Shown here: positions 6,639 through 7,124 of the stretch, in pieces
How positions within the stretch are numbered: the stretch's first letter is position 1
Layout: each line of letters opens with the position of its first letter
Assembly: GCA_001179505.1 (NCBI GenBank)
Contig: CDMY01000987.1
Span: 1 to 7,124 of the forward strand
Reading direction: 5' to 3'
DNA length: 7,124 nucleotides
Origin: Vitrella brassicaformis CCMP3155
Lineage: Eukaryota; Protista; Chromerida
Notes under the pieces: model-generated
Database searches by the model: none
What the model was told of the DNA's origin: nothing
What the model saw: only the letters and a program-made list of their open reading frames with translations
Program-made: the position numbers and the translations under genes

Positions 6639-7124
6639 TTTCTTCCCTCGCTGCAGCTATCCGCCTCACCTGTCCTGTGTTCACCCTCGACGAAGCAATC
6701 CATCACGCGCCAGAGGTCCATCTGCCACCCACGACAAAAGAGGAACGGGGCTCGTCTTGATCGATCTACATCGGTTCGTCCTTCTTTCCTTTCTTCCTCT
6801 CCTGACCTTTGTCCTCAGCTCGATGCTCTGCTCCCCAATCACCGCCTGATCTGAGCCAGCGTCAGTGTCAATCGCCGCAGCTTCATTTGAGGGCCCAAGT
6901 GACAGCATGGCACGCTGCCCATCATCTCTCTCGCAAGCTGCAGTCGGTCTGTCAGCAGCACCGTTTCCGTCTTCTTCTTGGTTCGATTGGAGCAGCGCTG
7001 GCGGGTCGGTGACCATGTGGCTTGTCCATTTTGCCGCCCATCGCGCGATCACCGAGCGGAACTGGTGCGTCTGGGTCCTGTACCAGAAATGGTGGTTGCT
7101 GAAGCACCTGATGTAGTAGTGCCG
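6639..7124 (-). pseudogene. Disrupted 5' portion of the same locus (apparent frameshifts plus a nonsense codon); continues beyond the window
   Basis: The frame is open from 7124 (RHYYIRCFSNHHFWYRTQTHQFRSVIARWAAKWTSHMV...) and is the same frame as the 6638 ORF, but has stops at 6683, 6668 and 6659. The coding-like signal passes through three -1 shifts (~6815, ~6748, ~6645), reading DKGQERKKGKKDEPM*IDQDEP / PFLFCRGWQMDLWRVMDCFVEG, with TAG at 6768-6766. Confidence 0.45.

Noticed and set aside
4588-6750. Programmed ribosomal frameshifting at the CCCC runs (4591-4588, 6750-6747)
   Set aside because: The required shifts go in opposite directions (+1 vs -1), and no shared slippery heptamer or stimulatory structure is evident.
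1839-6768. TAG reassignment or readthrough suggested by in-frame TAGs at 1841, 3429 and 6768
   Set aside because: The implied residues differ (Lys by paralogy at 3429, probably Glu at 6768), frameshifts occur in the same loci, and TAG may end the 5427 ORF. Decay is the simpler explanation.

Overview
Eukaryotic, GC-rich draft-assembly DNA with two 300-N gaps (2021-2320, 5675-5974). Short GT-AG introns, dense tetranucleotide microsatellites and TTTAGGG-like repeats suggest a chromerid/alveolate such as Vitrella brassicaformis (inference from sequence style only). The only recognisable gene is the terminal exon of an SLC35E3-like / triose-phosphate-translocator-family nucleotide-sugar transporter (11-316, +). 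Its 3' half and ~0.9 kb of downstream DNA recur after the first gap (155-1208 vs 2321-3331). The rest holds three minus-strand, coding-like loci of unknown function, each with apparent frameshifts or in-frame stops, so they are decayed genes or assembly errors. Two short degenerate telomere-like arrays stand out. One forms a 13-bp inverted repeat ~30-60 bp from the duplication breakpoint. The other lies next to a five-copy GCCGTC(G)AT motif cluster upstream of a minus-strand locus. I see no rRNA, tRNA, CRISPR array or transposase, and no strong evidence of a novel system. The best leads are the telomere-motif sites and the rearrangement junction.
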